Shown here: positions 50,490 to 61,199 of the stretch, piece after piece
Numbering within the stretch: the stretch's first letter is position 1
Layout of the letters: each line of letters begins with the position of its first letter
NCBI GenBank assembly: GCA_040755455.1
Contig: JBFMAY010000003.1
Coordinates: 1 to 64,000, forward strand
DNA: 64,000 bases
Source: Thermodesulfobacteriota bacterium
GTDB lineage: Bacteria > Desulfobacterota > Desulfobulbia > Desulfobulbales > SURF-16
Direction of reading: 5' to 3'
The notes under the pieces: model-generated
Told to the model about the DNA's origin: nothing
Database searches by the model: none
What the model saw: the letters and a program-made list of their open reading frames with translations, nothing else
Made by a program: the position numbers and the translations under genes

Positions 50490-52457
50490 ATGATTACCAT
50501 TAATAACCTTTCCATTCAATACGGTGCCAAGCACTTATTTAAAAATATATCCGGCCGCCTCAACAGCCGGGACAGAATCGGCCTGGTCGGCGTCAACGGG
50601 GCGGGCAAGTCAACGCTGTTAAAGATTCTCGCCGGCATTGGCGAAGCGGATCCCGGTGTTGTCACTCGGGCAAAACAGGTCACCTGCGGCTACCTGCCCC
50701 AGGAGATTGTCGGCCTTGATCCGGGCAAGACGCTTTATGAGGAAGCGGAAAGCATTTTTGCCCCACTGCTGGCAAAACAAAAAGAGCTGGATGCAATCAA
50801 CATCAGGCTCTCGGCCCCCCAGGAAAACCAAGCCGTTATGGAGGACCTGCTCAAGCGCCAGGGCGAACTGCAGCATGAACTTGATCACTCAAACGTTTTC
50901 CGCATCAAGGCGACCATTGAAAAGGTTCTTGCCGGCCTGGGATTTCAGGAAAGCGATCTGCAGCGCGTCTGCCAGTCGTTCAGCGGCGGCTGGCTGATGC
51001 GCCTGATGCTGGCCAAGCAGCTGCTCGCCGCCCCGTCCTTTCTCTTTCTCGATGAACCGACCAACCATCTTGACATTGAATCATTGACCTGGCTTGAGGA
51101 GTTTTTATCCTCCTATCCGGGGGCATTGATCATCGTCTCCCACGACCGGACGTTTCTCGACAACATGACCAGCATTACCTGGGAATTGAGCCTGGGCAAT
51201 CTCACCGTGTACAAGGGGAATTACTCCAGTTATGTAAAGGAAAAGGAACTGCGACTGCAGATCCAGCGGGCCGCCTATGCCAACCAGCAGGCCAAGATCG
51301 ACCAGACGAAACGCTTTATCGACCGGTTCCGGGCCAAGTCAACCAAGGCCAAACAGGCCCAGAGCCGCATGCGGCAGCTCGAGAAAATGGATATCATCGA
51401 GCTTGAGGATACCGAGCAGAAAATTTCCTTCCGCTTCCCGCCGGCCCCGGCCAGCGGCCGGCTGGCCATTGCCGTAAACGATCTGGGTAAAAGCTACGGC
51501 AGTAGAGAGGTTTTTGTCCATCTCGATTTTGAGCTGCAACGCGGCGACAAGATGGCCGTGGTCGGGGTGAACGGCGCCGGCAAATCAACCCTGGTGAAAA
51601 TTCTAGCCGGACTGACCCCGGCCAGTAGCGGCTCCATCCGTTTGGGGCACAACGTTACCCTCTCCTACTTCGGTCAGCACCAGGCCCAGGAACTTGCTCC
51701 CCAGTATACGGTCCTTGAGACCATCAACCAGGTTGATGCGGATAAAACCGTCACCCAGACCAGATCACTGCTGGGGGCATTCCTGTTCAAAGGGGAAGAG
51801 GTGGACAAAAAAGTCCAGGTCCTGTCAGGGGGCGAAAAAAGCCGGCTGGCCCTGGCCAAGATGATCGCCACCCCGGCCAACCTGCTCATCATGGATGAAC
51901 CAACCAACCATCTTGACATGATATCCCAGGAGATACTGCAGGATGCCCTGGCCCAGTATGACGGCACCATCATCATTGTCAGCCATAACCGCTATTTTCT
52001 CGATCATTTCGTCAACAAGGTGCTGGAGATAAAAAACGGCGGGGCCACGGTCTTTGAGGGGAATCTGGCCTATTATCTTGAAAAAACCGCCAAGGAGAGA
52101 CAGCATGCCGCCCAGGTTGAAACTGTCTGCGCTCCGGTAGAATCGCCCACGGCCTCGCCGGTAAAGGGGAAAAAAGCGAGGCAGGAACAGGCAAAACTCA
52201 GAGAGGAGAAAAACAGTCTGTTGAGACCCTATCTGACAAAAATCAAGGAAGCGGAAAAAGAGATCGACCAACTTGAAGCCCGCAAAGCAGAACTTGAGAT
52301 TTTGCTGGCAGACCCTGAGCTGTATAAAGACCAGGAGATCTTTTCCGAAAAAAGCAAGGAGTATGCTGCGGTTGAACGCAGACTGAGCCGTTTCTACCAG
52401 CAGTGGGAGATCAATCAGGAGAAAGTCGAACAAATTGAAAACTCGTTTTCAGCATAA
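50490..52457 (+). CDS. ABC-F family ribosome-associated ATPase
   Basis: Two NBDs (GVNGAGKST twice, FSGGW, LSGGEK, DEPTNHLD twice), no TM segment, C-terminal coiled coil. Confidence 0.93.
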   Translation: MITINNLSIQYGAKHLFKNISGRLNSRDRIGLVGVNGAGKSTLLKILAGIGEADPGVVTRAKQVTCGYLPQEIVGLDPGKTLYEEAESIFAPLLAKQKELDAINIRLSAPQENQAVMEDLLKRQGELQHELDHSNVFRIKATIEKVLAGLGFQESDLQRVCQSFSGGWLMRLMLAKQLLAAPSFLFLDEPTNHLDIESLTWLEEFLSSYPGALIIVSHDRTFLDNMTSITWELSLGNLTVYKGNYSSYVKEKELRLQIQRAAYANQQAKIDQTKRFIDRFRAKSTKAKQAQSRMRQLEKMDIIELEDTEQKISFRFPPAPASGRLAIAVNDLGKSYGSREVFVHLDFELQRGDKMAVVGVNGAGKSTLVKILAGLTPASSGSIRLGHNVTLSYFGQHQAQELAPQYTVLETINQVDADKTVTQTRSLLGAFLFKGEEVDKKVQVLSGGEKSRLALAKMIATPANLLIMDEPTNHLDMISQEILQDALAQYDGTIIIVSHNRYFLDHFVNKVLEIKNGGATVFEGNLAYYLEKTAKERQHAAQVETVCAPVESPTASPVKGKKARQEQAKLREEKNSLLRPYLTKIKEAEKEIDQLEARKAELEILLADPELYKDQEIFSEKSKEYAAVERRLSRFYQQWEINQEKVEQIENSFSA

Positions 52458-52805
52458 GGCGATATCAGTAAAGTAGTTTACGGTTAAGAATGCTCTCACC
52501 TGCCCATTTTCGGTTGCTTTGCCATGGGGGGAAATCCATCCTCTGTTTTTTTTGAATATGTATTCATTTTATTTTATATTAAGATGACAACTTCTTGACC
52601 ATCATAAAAAATGCCAGTAATGTCGTAACGGTGTCCTCTGGAAGCTGCGAGACAATACGCGCCGGAAAAACAGCTGAAGCCCAGGACCATGGTCAAATAT
52701 TCATCCTGTGTTGACGGTTTTTTTTAATGACGAAAGATAATGAGCTGAAAAGTATTTTAAGCCTTGCATAAAACTTGAACACCTGAATTTCACTGGAGGA
52801 TTGAA

Positions 52806-53618
52806 ATGAAAAAAGTATTGAAAAACGCTTTTCTTGCCGTAAGTTTTTCCGCCTTGTTTGCTGCAGCACCTTTGGCGATGGCTTCTGACCAGGGGAATGA
52901 ACACGGCGGAGGCCATGGTGGTGCTGCCGCCTCGGCCCAAGCTGAAGTATCTGCCAGCGATACGATGAGGGAGGTCATTGAAGGAAACGAAAGATTCAAA
53001 ATGAACCATGACAGCCACTATTTTGATATGTTTCAGGACAGTCAGGTTCCTGTCCTGACCGTGGTCACCTGTTCCGACTCCCGGGTGCACACCCATCTTT
53101 TCGGATTTGTGCCGGACAACAATATCTTCGTGATCAGAAATATCGGCAATCAGGTGGTTAACGCGGAAGGTTCCGTTGAATATGGCGTGCGCCACCTGCC
53201 GACAAAGGTGCTCATGATCATGGGTCATTCGAGCTGTGGCGCCGTTAAGGCGGCCATGGGTGATTACTCCGGCGAAACACCGGCGATCAAAAAAGAACTT
53301 GATCCGTTGAAACCGGTTATCGCCCTCGACGACCACAGCGGCGAGTTCAAGGAACGCTGGGCAAAGAATGTCGAGCGTAATGTCGATTATCAGGTTGATT
53401 ATTCCATAAAGCTTTATCAAGAGAAAGTTACCCACGGTGATCTGGTGGTGGTTGGAGCTGTTTATGATTTTAATGATATTTACGGTCAGGGACGCGGCTC
53501 GCTGATCATCACCAACATCAATGGCGAGAAGTCTCCGAACCAGATCATGCAGCATCCGGTGATGAAGGATCTCACCCGTGGACCGATCGTCACCCATGTG
53601 AGCAGCCGGGCCCAATAA
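52806..53618 (+). CDS. Exported beta-class carbonic anhydrase
   Basis: Signal peptide (..AMA), Zn ligands TCSDSR and GHSSCG, RNIGNQ, GSVEY. Confidence 0.9.
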   Translation: MKKVLKNAFLAVSFSALFAAAPLAMASDQGNEHGGGHGGAAASAQAEVSASDTMREVIEGNERFKMNHDSHYFDMFQDSQVPVLTVVTCSDSRVHTHLFGFVPDNNIFVIRNIGNQVVNAEGSVEYGVRHLPTKVLMIMGHSSCGAVKAAMGDYSGETPAIKKELDPLKPVIALDDHSGEFKERWAKNVERNVDYQVDYSIKLYQEKVTHGDLVVVGAVYDFNDIYGQGRGSLIITNINGEKSPNQIMQHPVMKDLTRGPIVTHVSSRAQ

Positions 53619-53713
53619 ACTTCCGGTGAATCATACAGATAGCTGTTGTGTCTGCCAAACACCCACAGTGGCCGTTGCGCCTCTGTGGGTACTTTTTTGC
53701 TAGCGGGAATACT

Positions 53714-54778
53714 ATGATGATACGCTGCCTGCGCCATGAAATTGAGGACCGGGAAGCCAGAAATCTTTCCCCTTTTGCCTGCCACACGAAAAACAGCAAG
53801 GGAAGATTAAGGCAGGAAACGGAGTGCCCCATCCGAGTCGCCTTCCAGCGCGACCGGGACAGAATCATCCACTCCAAAACCTTCCGCCGTCTGACCCACA
53901 AAACCCAGGTTTTTCTCGCCCCCACCGGTGACCATTACCGCACCAGGCTGACCCATGCCCTGGAGGTCGCGCAGATTGCCAGAACAATCGGAGTCGCCCT
54001 GCGCTTAAACGGCCATCTTATTGAGGCAATCGCCCTGGGACATGACCTGGGGCATACCCCTTTCGGCCATGCAGGCGAAGCCGTTTTGAATGAACTCCAT
54101 CCCGGCGGCTTCAAACATTACGAACAGAGCCTGCGGGTGGTCGATGTGCTGGAAAACAAAGGGAAAGGGCTGAATTTAAGCTATGAGGTGCGGGACGGCA
54201 TATTAAAGCACTCAAAGGGCCGGAAAAACATCCTGCCCGACGATCTGTCCGAACTGCCGGAAACCCTGGAGGGACAGGTGGTAAGGGTGGCCGATATCCT
54301 GGCCTATGTCAACCATGACCTTGATGATGCCATCCGGGCCGGACTCATTGAGGAAAAGGACATGCTCGGCCATATCCGGGCCAACCTGGGCGAAACAAAT
54401 TCCCAGCGGATCAGCGCCATGGTTAATGATCTGATCATGAAGACCATTGAGGCAGGGGAAGCGCGACTGGTCATGAGTCCGAAAATTGTTGAGGCGACAT
54501 CGGATCTGCGCAACTTTTTGTTTGAAAATGTCTACCAGACCTCCTGCGTTCACCGCGAATTCATCAAGGCCATGAAAATTATCCGGGATTTGTTTCATTA
54601 TTTTATGGAAGAGGATGTAAGGCTTCCCAGCGGAGATATATGGGAAGCCTCAACGGCTTACGGCGAGGAAACCGAACGGCCGCGCAAGGTATGTGATTTC
54701 ATCGCCGGCATGACGGACCGTTATGCCTTGGATCTTTACACAAATATTTTCTTTCCCAAACGCTGGAGTGTGCAGTAG
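53714..54778 (+). CDS. dgt: Deoxyguanosinetriphosphate triphosphohydrolase-like HD protein
   Basis: FQRDRDRIIHSKTFRRL, RTRLTH, HDLGHTPFGHAGE, CDFIAGMTDRYA. Confidence 0.92.
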   Translation: MMIRCLRHEIEDREARNLSPFACHTKNSKGRLRQETECPIRVAFQRDRDRIIHSKTFRRLTHKTQVFLAPTGDHYRTRLTHALEVAQIARTIGVALRLNGHLIEAIALGHDLGHTPFGHAGEAVLNELHPGGFKHYEQSLRVVDVLENKGKGLNLSYEVRDGILKHSKGRKNILPDDLSELPETLEGQVVRVADILAYVNHDLDDAIRAGLIEEKDMLGHIRANLGETNSQRISAMVNDLIMKTIEAGEARLVMSPKIVEATSDLRNFLFENVYQTSCVHREFIKAMKIIRDLFHYFMEEDVRLPSGDIWEASTAYGEETERPRKVCDFIAGMTDRYALDLYTNIFFPKRWSVQ

Positions 54779-54955
54779 AGTGTCAGGGATTTTTTTTCTT
54801 TTCAATTCAGGAGCCGCTGGGAAATAAGCATTTCTGACCGTTTCGTTGCGGCTCCTGATGCCGATCACGGCATTTCTCAGGTCACAGTTATTTTTGAACA
54901 ACCGCTTAATTGGCTCGGCCAAATGGACTACGGTGTAAGGTAAAAGAGTATCAGC

Positions 54956-57640
54956 ATGACGAATAAAGCAGACCAGATAAATACAGGAGAGTTGCTTGCC
55001 AAAGCCTATGAATTTTCCGACGTTGAACGGAGATGGTACGAGGAGTGGCAGAAACAGAAAAAATTCAGGGCCACCATGGATGATTCCCGGCCCTCTTTTT
55101 CCATCGTCATTCCCCCGCCCAATGTCACCGGTGTTCTCCATGTCGGCCATGCCTTGAACAATACCATGCAGGATGTCCTGGTGCGGTACAAGCGCATGCT
55201 GGGTTACAATACCCTGTGGGTGCCGGGAACGGACCATGCCGGCATAGCCACACAGAATGTTGTCGAACGCCAACTTGCCGCGGAAGACCTTACCCGTCAT
55301 GACGTGGGGCGGGATAAATTCATTGAACGGGTATGGCAATGGAAGGCCCAGTCCGGCGGACAGATCATCAATCAGCTCAAACGGCTGGGCTGCTCCTGTG
55401 ACTGGGACAGGGAGCGCTTCACCATGGATGAGGGGCTGTCCCGGGCGGTGCGCGCGGTTTTTACCCGTCTCTATCATGAGGGACTGATTTACAAGGGCGA
55501 CTATATCATCAACTGGTGTCCCCGCTGTCATACGGCCCTGGCTGACCTGGAGGTGGAGCATGAAGCCACTGACGGCAAGCTCTACCGGATCAGATATCCC
55601 TATGCTCAGGGTGACGGCTACATCGTGGTGGCCACCACCAGACCTGAAACCATGCTGGGCGATACCGGGGTCGCTGTCCATCCCGATGACGAACGTTACG
55701 CCTCTCTGCCGGAGAAGTCGGTTATCCTGCCGCTGGTCAACCGTAAAATCCCCGTTGTTTTCGACGCCCAGGTGGAGCGGGAATTCGGCACCGGCGCCCT
55801 GAAGGTGACCCCGGCCCATGACCTCAACGACTTTGAAATCGCCCGCCGCCATGATCTGCCATCGATCAAGGTGATGGATGACAACGGCCGGATGAATGTG
55901 GAAGCCGGCCCCTATGCCGGTCTCGACCGGTTCGACTGCCGCAGACAGATCGTCGAGGACCTGCGGCTGCAGGGATATCTTGAGGGAATCGAGGATTACC
56001 AGCACGGGGTGGGCCACTGTTACCGCTGCGCCACCATTGTCGAACCATCCCTGTCAAAACAGTGGTTTGTCTCGGTGAAACCGCTGGCGGCCAAGGCCAT
56101 TGCCGCGGTAAAGAACGGCGACATCAAAATTCATCCCAGGTCCTGGGAAAACACCTTTTTTGACTGGATGAACAATATCCGGGACTGGTGCATTTCCCGC
56201 CAGATCTGGTGGGGTCATCAGATTCCCGCCTGGACCTGTGAGGCCTGCGGCGAGCTGATCGTCAGCGAAAGCGATCCGGACCATTGCCCGCAATGTAAGT
56301 CCAAACAGCTCCTGCAGGAAACCGATGTCCTCGATACCTGGTTCAGTTCCGCCCTCTGGCCCTTTTCCACCCTGGGCTGGCCAGACGACACCGCGGAAAT
56401 GAAATTCTTCTATCCCACCTCGGTGCTGATCACCAGCTTTGATATCCTTTTCTTCTGGGTCTCACGCATGATGATGATGGGCATTCACTTCATGGGGAAA
56501 GTGCCTTTCAAGGATGTCTACCTGCATGCCCTGGTGCGTGACGCCCAAGGGCAGAAGATGAGCAAATCAAAAGGCAACGTCATGGACCCGCTGCTCATCA
56601 TGGACAAGTACGGCACCGATGCCCTGCGCTTCACCATGACCGCCTTTGCCGCCCAGGGCCGGGACATCCGTCTTTCGGAGGAGAGGATCGAAGGGTACCG
56701 CTACTTCATCAATAAGATATGGAACGCCAGCCGTTTTGCCCTGATGCATATCAGTGACTGCGATCCCTCTGTCACCAGGGGCATCACCCCAGAAGGCCTC
56801 GGGCTGGCCCATCGCTGGATCTTAAGCCGTCTCAACCGCACCGTCGCCGAGGTGCACCGTTCCCTCCATGATTACCGTTTCAATGATGCCGCATCCGCCA
56901 TGTATCAGTTTGTCTGGCATGAATTCTGTGACTGGTATCTGGAACTGATCAAGCCGGAACTTTTCAGTGATGCGGATGATAAAAAACAGCAGGCCAGGGC
57001 CGTACTCTTTACGGTCCTGGAAGCGGTTATCAAGCTGCTCCACCCGGTGATCCCTTTTGTTACGGAAGAAATCTGGCATGTTCTGCCCGGTGCGCGGCAA
57101 AGTGTCATGACCGAAGCGTATCCCCGGGAAAACCCGGTTTGGGATGATGCCGAGGCCGAGGCGACAGCACAGCTGGTCATGGGTCTGATCGGCGGCATCC
57201 GCAACATCCGCAGCGAGATGCAGATTCATCCCTCCGCCCAGGTTGAGGCGATTGTCATCTGCCATAATCAGACGAAGAAAAACACTATTGAGCAACATTG
57301 CGACCAGATAAAAGGCATGACTCGAACAGCCATCCTGACTCTCCGCAGCGAGGGCCACGGTCCCAAAGGGGCTGCTGCATACATCTTTGAAGATATCGAG
57401 ATCGCCGTTCCTCTGGCGGGGCTCATTGATGTGCAGAAGGAACTTGACAAGCTGACCAAGGAACAGGCAAAGATCGACAAACAGCTCTCGCAGAGCCAGG
57501 GGAAACTCAGCAACAAGAAATTCCTGGAGAATGCCCCGGAGGATGTGGTGGCCAAGGAAAAAGAGAAGGTGGAAGCGCTGTCCGCCACCCTGGAAAAAAT
57601 CGAACAGAGCAGGAAACGGCTGCAGGAAATCGGCGGCTGA
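54956..57640 (+). CDS. valS: Valine--tRNA ligase
   Basis: PPPNVTGVLHVGH, DHAGIATQ, WCISRQIWWGH, KMSKS, C-terminal coiled coil. Confidence 0.98.
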   Translation: MTNKADQINTGELLAKAYEFSDVERRWYEEWQKQKKFRATMDDSRPSFSIVIPPPNVTGVLHVGHALNNTMQDVLVRYKRMLGYNTLWVPGTDHAGIATQNVVERQLAAEDLTRHDVGRDKFIERVWQWKAQSGGQIINQLKRLGCSCDWDRERFTMDEGLSRAVRAVFTRLYHEGLIYKGDYIINWCPRCHTALADLEVEHEATDGKLYRIRYPYAQGDGYIVVATTRPETMLGDTGVAVHPDDERYASLPEKSVILPLVNRKIPVVFDAQVEREFGTGALKVTPAHDLNDFEIARRHDLPSIKVMDDNGRMNVEAGPYAGLDRFDCRRQIVEDLRLQGYLEGIEDYQHGVGHCYRCATIVEPSLSKQWFVSVKPLAAKAIAAVKNGDIKIHPRSWENTFFDWMNNIRDWCISRQIWWGHQIPAWTCEACGELIVSESDPDHCPQCKSKQLLQETDVLDTWFSSALWPFSTLGWPDDTAEMKFFYPTSVLITSFDILFFWVSRMMMMGIHFMGKVPFKDVYLHALVRDAQGQKMSKSKGNVMDPLLIMDKYGTDALRFTMTAFAAQGRDIRLSEERIEGYRYFINKIWNASRFALMHISDCDPSVTRGITPEGLGLAHRWILSRLNRTVAEVHRSLHDYRFNDAASAMYQFVWHEFCDWYLELIKPELFSDADDKKQQARAVLFTVLEAVIKLLHPVIPFVTEEIWHVLPGARQSVMTEAYPRENPVWDDAEAEATAQLVMGLIGGIRNIRSEMQIHPSAQVEAIVICHNQTKKNTIEQHCDQIKGMTRTAILTLRSEGHGPKGAAAYIFEDIEIAVPLAGLIDVQKELDKLTKEQAKIDKQLSQSQGKLSNKKFLENAPEDVVAKEKEKVEALSATLEKIEQSRKRLQEIGG

Positions 57641-57751
57641 TTTTTTTTGTTCCCGGCCAATTTGGCCATCAGCGATCATACCACCCGACCCAGGGCAGGC
57701 CCAAGGGCTGCCCTTACAGGGCAAACAAGCAATGATGGCCGGACGACAATG

Positions 57752-57787
57752 AAAAAAGGCAGGCCCCCACAGGGGCCTGCCTTTTTT
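57752..57787. terminator. Bidirectional intrinsic terminator
   Basis: AAAAAAGGCAGGCCCC-caca-GGGGCCTGCCTTTTTT. Confidence 0.9.
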
Positions 57788-57866
57788 ATCTGCTTATGCG
57801 AAGATGCAGCCATGGTCATGCCGGGCAAGGAAGGCGCGACCGGCAATCCATGGAAACACTGCAGTT

Positions 57867-58643
57867 TTATTCCGCCATGGCGTTCATGGCCCTGGCTGGA
57901 TTCTTCTCAACCTTGTCCAGTATTTCCGTTACCTTGGTTTCCGGCAGCCAGTTGACCTTGCCGGTGCCGACATCATACATGGCGCCGACAACCTTGGCTT
58001 TGCCGCTCTTGACCAGTTCACGGGTGGCCGGGCTGTTCATGAACAAATCCTCAATTCCCTGCCAGATATTTTCTTCAATGCCATACGGGACCACGTCTTG
58101 GCCGTGCTTGTCCGGATGGGCGGCAATGGCCTTTTTAACCGCAGGGATGATGTTGTCAACCAAGGGCGGGATATTTCTCTCCAGCGCATGACCATGCCCT
58201 TCCACCTCGGCGGTGACGGCGGTTACCGCGCCGCACTGGGTGTGTCCCAACACCACCAGCACCGGAGTGTTGACATGGGCCAGGCCATATTCAATGGAAC
58301 CCGTCTCATCCACGTCCATGACATTGCCTGCCACCCTGATGATGAAGATGTCCATGACGCCGGCGTCAAAAATACGCTCAACAGGAACCCTGGAGTCGGA
58401 ACAGCTGAGAACGGTGGCATAGGCATGATCACCTTGGTTCTCCTTGCCGGCCTGGATGAGACGGTTGGTGTCGCTGTGCGGATGGGTTGATTTGTTGGCC
58501 ACAAAACGGGCATTGCCCTCCTGCAGCATCTTGATGGCTGCATCAGGGCTGGGCTTGACAGCTGTACTGCTTGCCGTTGCCTGAAAAGCGGTGGCCGCCA
58601 GAAGACAGCATCCCAGTGCGAAAGCATTCAACATCTTCTTCAT
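57867..58643 (-). CDS. Second exported beta-class carbonic anhydrase
   Basis: Signal peptide (..ATA), LQEGNARF, SCSDSRVP, RVAGN, LGHTQCGAV. Confidence 0.92.
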   Translation of the reverse strand: MKKMLNAFALGCCLLAATAFQATASSTAVKPSPDAAIKMLQEGNARFVANKSTHPHSDTNRLIQAGKENQGDHAYATVLSCSDSRVPVERIFDAGVMDIFIIRVAGNVMDVDETGSIEYGLAHVNTPVLVVLGHTQCGAVTAVTAEVEGHGHALERNIPPLVDNIIPAVKKAIAAHPDKHGQDVVPYGIEENIWQGIEDLFMNSPATRELVKSGKAKVVGAMYDVGTGKVNWLPETKVTEILDKVEKNPARAMNAMAE

Positions 58644-58921
58644 TTGCTAATCCTCCAATTTTTTTAATTTGGAATTCAAAAAAAACAATGAATGGCTGCT
58701 CATTCAAAATTTTTTTCTTATTCTCTTTCCCATAGAATTGTCAAGGCAAAAAAAGAGAAATTGATGCAAAGATATGTATTTTTTTGACAAGTTTTGGTAA
58801 GTTAGCCTTGACCATGGCGGATATGCCATATTTCCGCGGGCCTGTTTTTTATAATTTTATTTGCTCGCTTCAAAGCAGGCAAACGGACAACCAGTCTTTT
58901 GTCAACGAGTTGGAGGAAGGA

Positions 58922-59485
58922 TTGTCTACCCATCTCATTTTTCGAACAATGGTGTTGTTTATCCCTGTCCTGCTCCTGCTGACGATAAACAGCCATGCGG
59001 GAGAATTCACCATCGATTCCGCCGCCATGCTCAAGGCCCACAACGGGCTGCGGGCCGGTGTCGGTTCTCCCAAGGTGAAATGGTCGGAGGCGCTGGAAGC
59101 CAAAGCGATCAACCGGTTAAAGGAATTGCAGAAAATGGGCTGCGTCATGGAGCACAGCGGGCCGGGGGAAAATCTCTTCTGGGCCAGCGCCCTGAAAACC
59201 GCCGACAGAAAAAATGCCTTCGGTCAGTGGATATGGCATAAATCGTTGCAGAAAATCAGCGAGAAGGATGTGGTGTCCAGTTGGGCCAGTGAGAAAAAAT
59301 GGTACGCCTATGAGGAGGAAACCTGTCACGCCCCCATGGGTGAAACCTGCGGCCATTACACGCAACTGGTCTGGGAAGACACTCGGGAAATTGGCTGCGG
59401 CAGATCAATCTGCAGCGACAAATCCCAGGTGTGGCTCTGTCTCTACTCACCGGCCGGGAATATCATAGGCGAAAAACCCTATTGA
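58922..59485 (+). CDS. Secreted CAP/SCP (PR-1-like) protein
   Basis: AHNGLRA, HSGPGENLFW, CGHYTQLVW, IGCG..CLYSPAGN. Start at TTG 58922 (RBS GGAGG) or ATG 58949. Confidence 0.88.
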   Translation: MSTHLIFRTMVLFIPVLLLLTINSHAGEFTIDSAAMLKAHNGLRAGVGSPKVKWSEALEAKAINRLKELQKMGCVMEHSGPGENLFWASALKTADRKNAFGQWIWHKSLQKISEKDVVSSWASEKKWYAYEEETCHAPMGETCGHYTQLVWEDTREIGCGRSICSDKSQVWLCLYSPAGNIIGEKPY

Positions 59486-59732
59486 TTTCGCCTCCCGGCT
59501 AACTTCCTGATCAGGCGGGGCATACGACGACGGCTTTGGGTTGTTGCCTGAAAATTTATTATCAATTTGCTTAATTTTATTATAAGTTTGAAATGATCAT
59601 TCTATCGGCAACCGGATCATGCGGCTAATGATGAACCAACTCTTCGTTTAAACGCCACACTGTCACCGGGTAACAGCAATCCCGCGTAATAATTGATAGT
59701 CTTGTAGCCTATTCTTTTTCGATAACATATCC

Positions 59733-61199
59733 ATGGACAAAGAAAATCCGTCTGAAAAATGCGCGAAGCCGCCGGCCTGTAAAACAAAAATCGTCTGCAC
59801 CATCGGCCCGGCATCGGATTCTCCTGAGATTATCCGGCAGATGATCAAGGCCGGCATGACCATCGCCCGCCTGAACTTCTCCCACGGCCAGTTTCATGAA
59901 CATGGCGAGGTCATCAAAAAAATCCGGGCGGCGGCCGCATCGTTAAACACCCGGGTCGCCATCCTAGCCGACCTGCCCGGTCCCAAGATGCGGCTGGGCG
60001 AACTTGCCGAGGAGCCGCTGCAGCTCGACCAGGGCGACGGATTTACTCTCACTGCCGATCATATCATCGGGAGCAAGGAGCGGGTTTGCACCACCTTTGC
60101 CCCATTGCCTAGGGTGGTCAAGGCAGGCGACATGCTCTTTATCAACGATGGTCTGATCCAGCTCAAGGTGCTGGAGGTTCAGGGCAATGACGTGTTGTGC
60201 AATGTGGTGGTCGGCGGGGAACTGCGGTCGAGAAAGGGGCTTAATCTGCCTGGCATCGATCTCGGCATCAGCGCCTTTACCGAGCATGACCAGACATGCA
60301 TGAAGTTCGCCCTGGAAAACGGGGTGGACTGCATCAGCCAGTCCTTTGTCGCCTCGGCCGCCGATATTATCGCGGTGCGCGAGGCCGCCGCCGGCCTGGG
60401 CTACAGGCCTTTCATCATCGCCAAGATAGAACGCAAGAGCAACCGGGAAAATATCGATGAAATCCTGGAAGCGGCGGACGGCATCATGGTTGCCCGGGGT
60501 GATCTCGGCGTAGAAATTCCCATCGAAGATATCGCCGTGGCCCAGAAATATATCATCGCCAAGGCCAATGCTCTCGGCAAACCGGTCATCACCGCCACCC
60601 AGATGCTCGAGTCCATGACCACCAACAAGCGGCCGACCCGGGCCGAGGCCACCGATGTCGCCAATGCCATTCTGGACGGCACGGACTGTGTCATGCTGTC
60701 GGGCGAATCGGCCATGGGCAAATACCCGGTGGAGGCGGTGGCAATGCTGGCCCGCATCGCCGCGGCAACCGAGCCATACCGCCCCCCCCGTCATTACCGC
60801 CGCATCCTTGGCTACCTGAGGGAAAAGGAACGGAAAAACATGGTGGATCTCATCAGCCTCAGTGTGGAAAACACCCTTGAGGAGATTGATTGCGGGGCGG
60901 TTCTGGTCCCCACGGCCAGCGGGGCAACGGCAAGAAACCTGGCCCGCTTCAGGCTGCAGGCCTGGATTTTCGCCGTCAGCCCCAACGACAAGACCTGCCA
61001 GGAACTCCTCTTTTCCTACGGGGTCCTGCCGGTGCTGCACAAGGACCACCCGGAGAACTGGACCGGTTATGCCAGGGAACTGGCGCAGGTCCATGCCATA
61101 AAGGGTGACCACATGGTCGTCACCGAGGGGCCGTCTCCGGCCCGCCTCCAGGCCAATCACCGCATGGAGATCATCAATATCCGCCCGGCAAGGGAATAG
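59733..61199 (+). CDS. pyk: Pyruvate kinase
   Basis: TKIVCTIGPAS, RLNFSHG, DLPGPK, IAKIE, MVARGDLGVE, TATQMLESM, MLSGES. Confidence 0.96.
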   Translation: MDKENPSEKCAKPPACKTKIVCTIGPASDSPEIIRQMIKAGMTIARLNFSHGQFHEHGEVIKKIRAAAASLNTRVAILADLPGPKMRLGELAEEPLQLDQGDGFTLTADHIIGSKERVCTTFAPLPRVVKAGDMLFINDGLIQLKVLEVQGNDVLCNVVVGGELRSRKGLNLPGIDLGISAFTEHDQTCMKFALENGVDCISQSFVASAADIIAVREAAAGLGYRPFIIAKIERKSNRENIDEILEAADGIMVARGDLGVEIPIEDIAVAQKYIIAKANALGKPVITATQMLESMTTNKRPTRAEATDVANAILDGTDCVMLSGESAMGKYPVEAVAMLARIAAATEPYRPPRHYRRILGYLREKERKNMVDLISLSVENTLEEIDCGAVLVPTASGATARNLARFRLQAWIFAVSPNDKTCQELLFSYGVLPVLHKDHPENWTGYARELAQVHAIKGDHMVVTEGPSPARLQANHRMEIINIRPARE

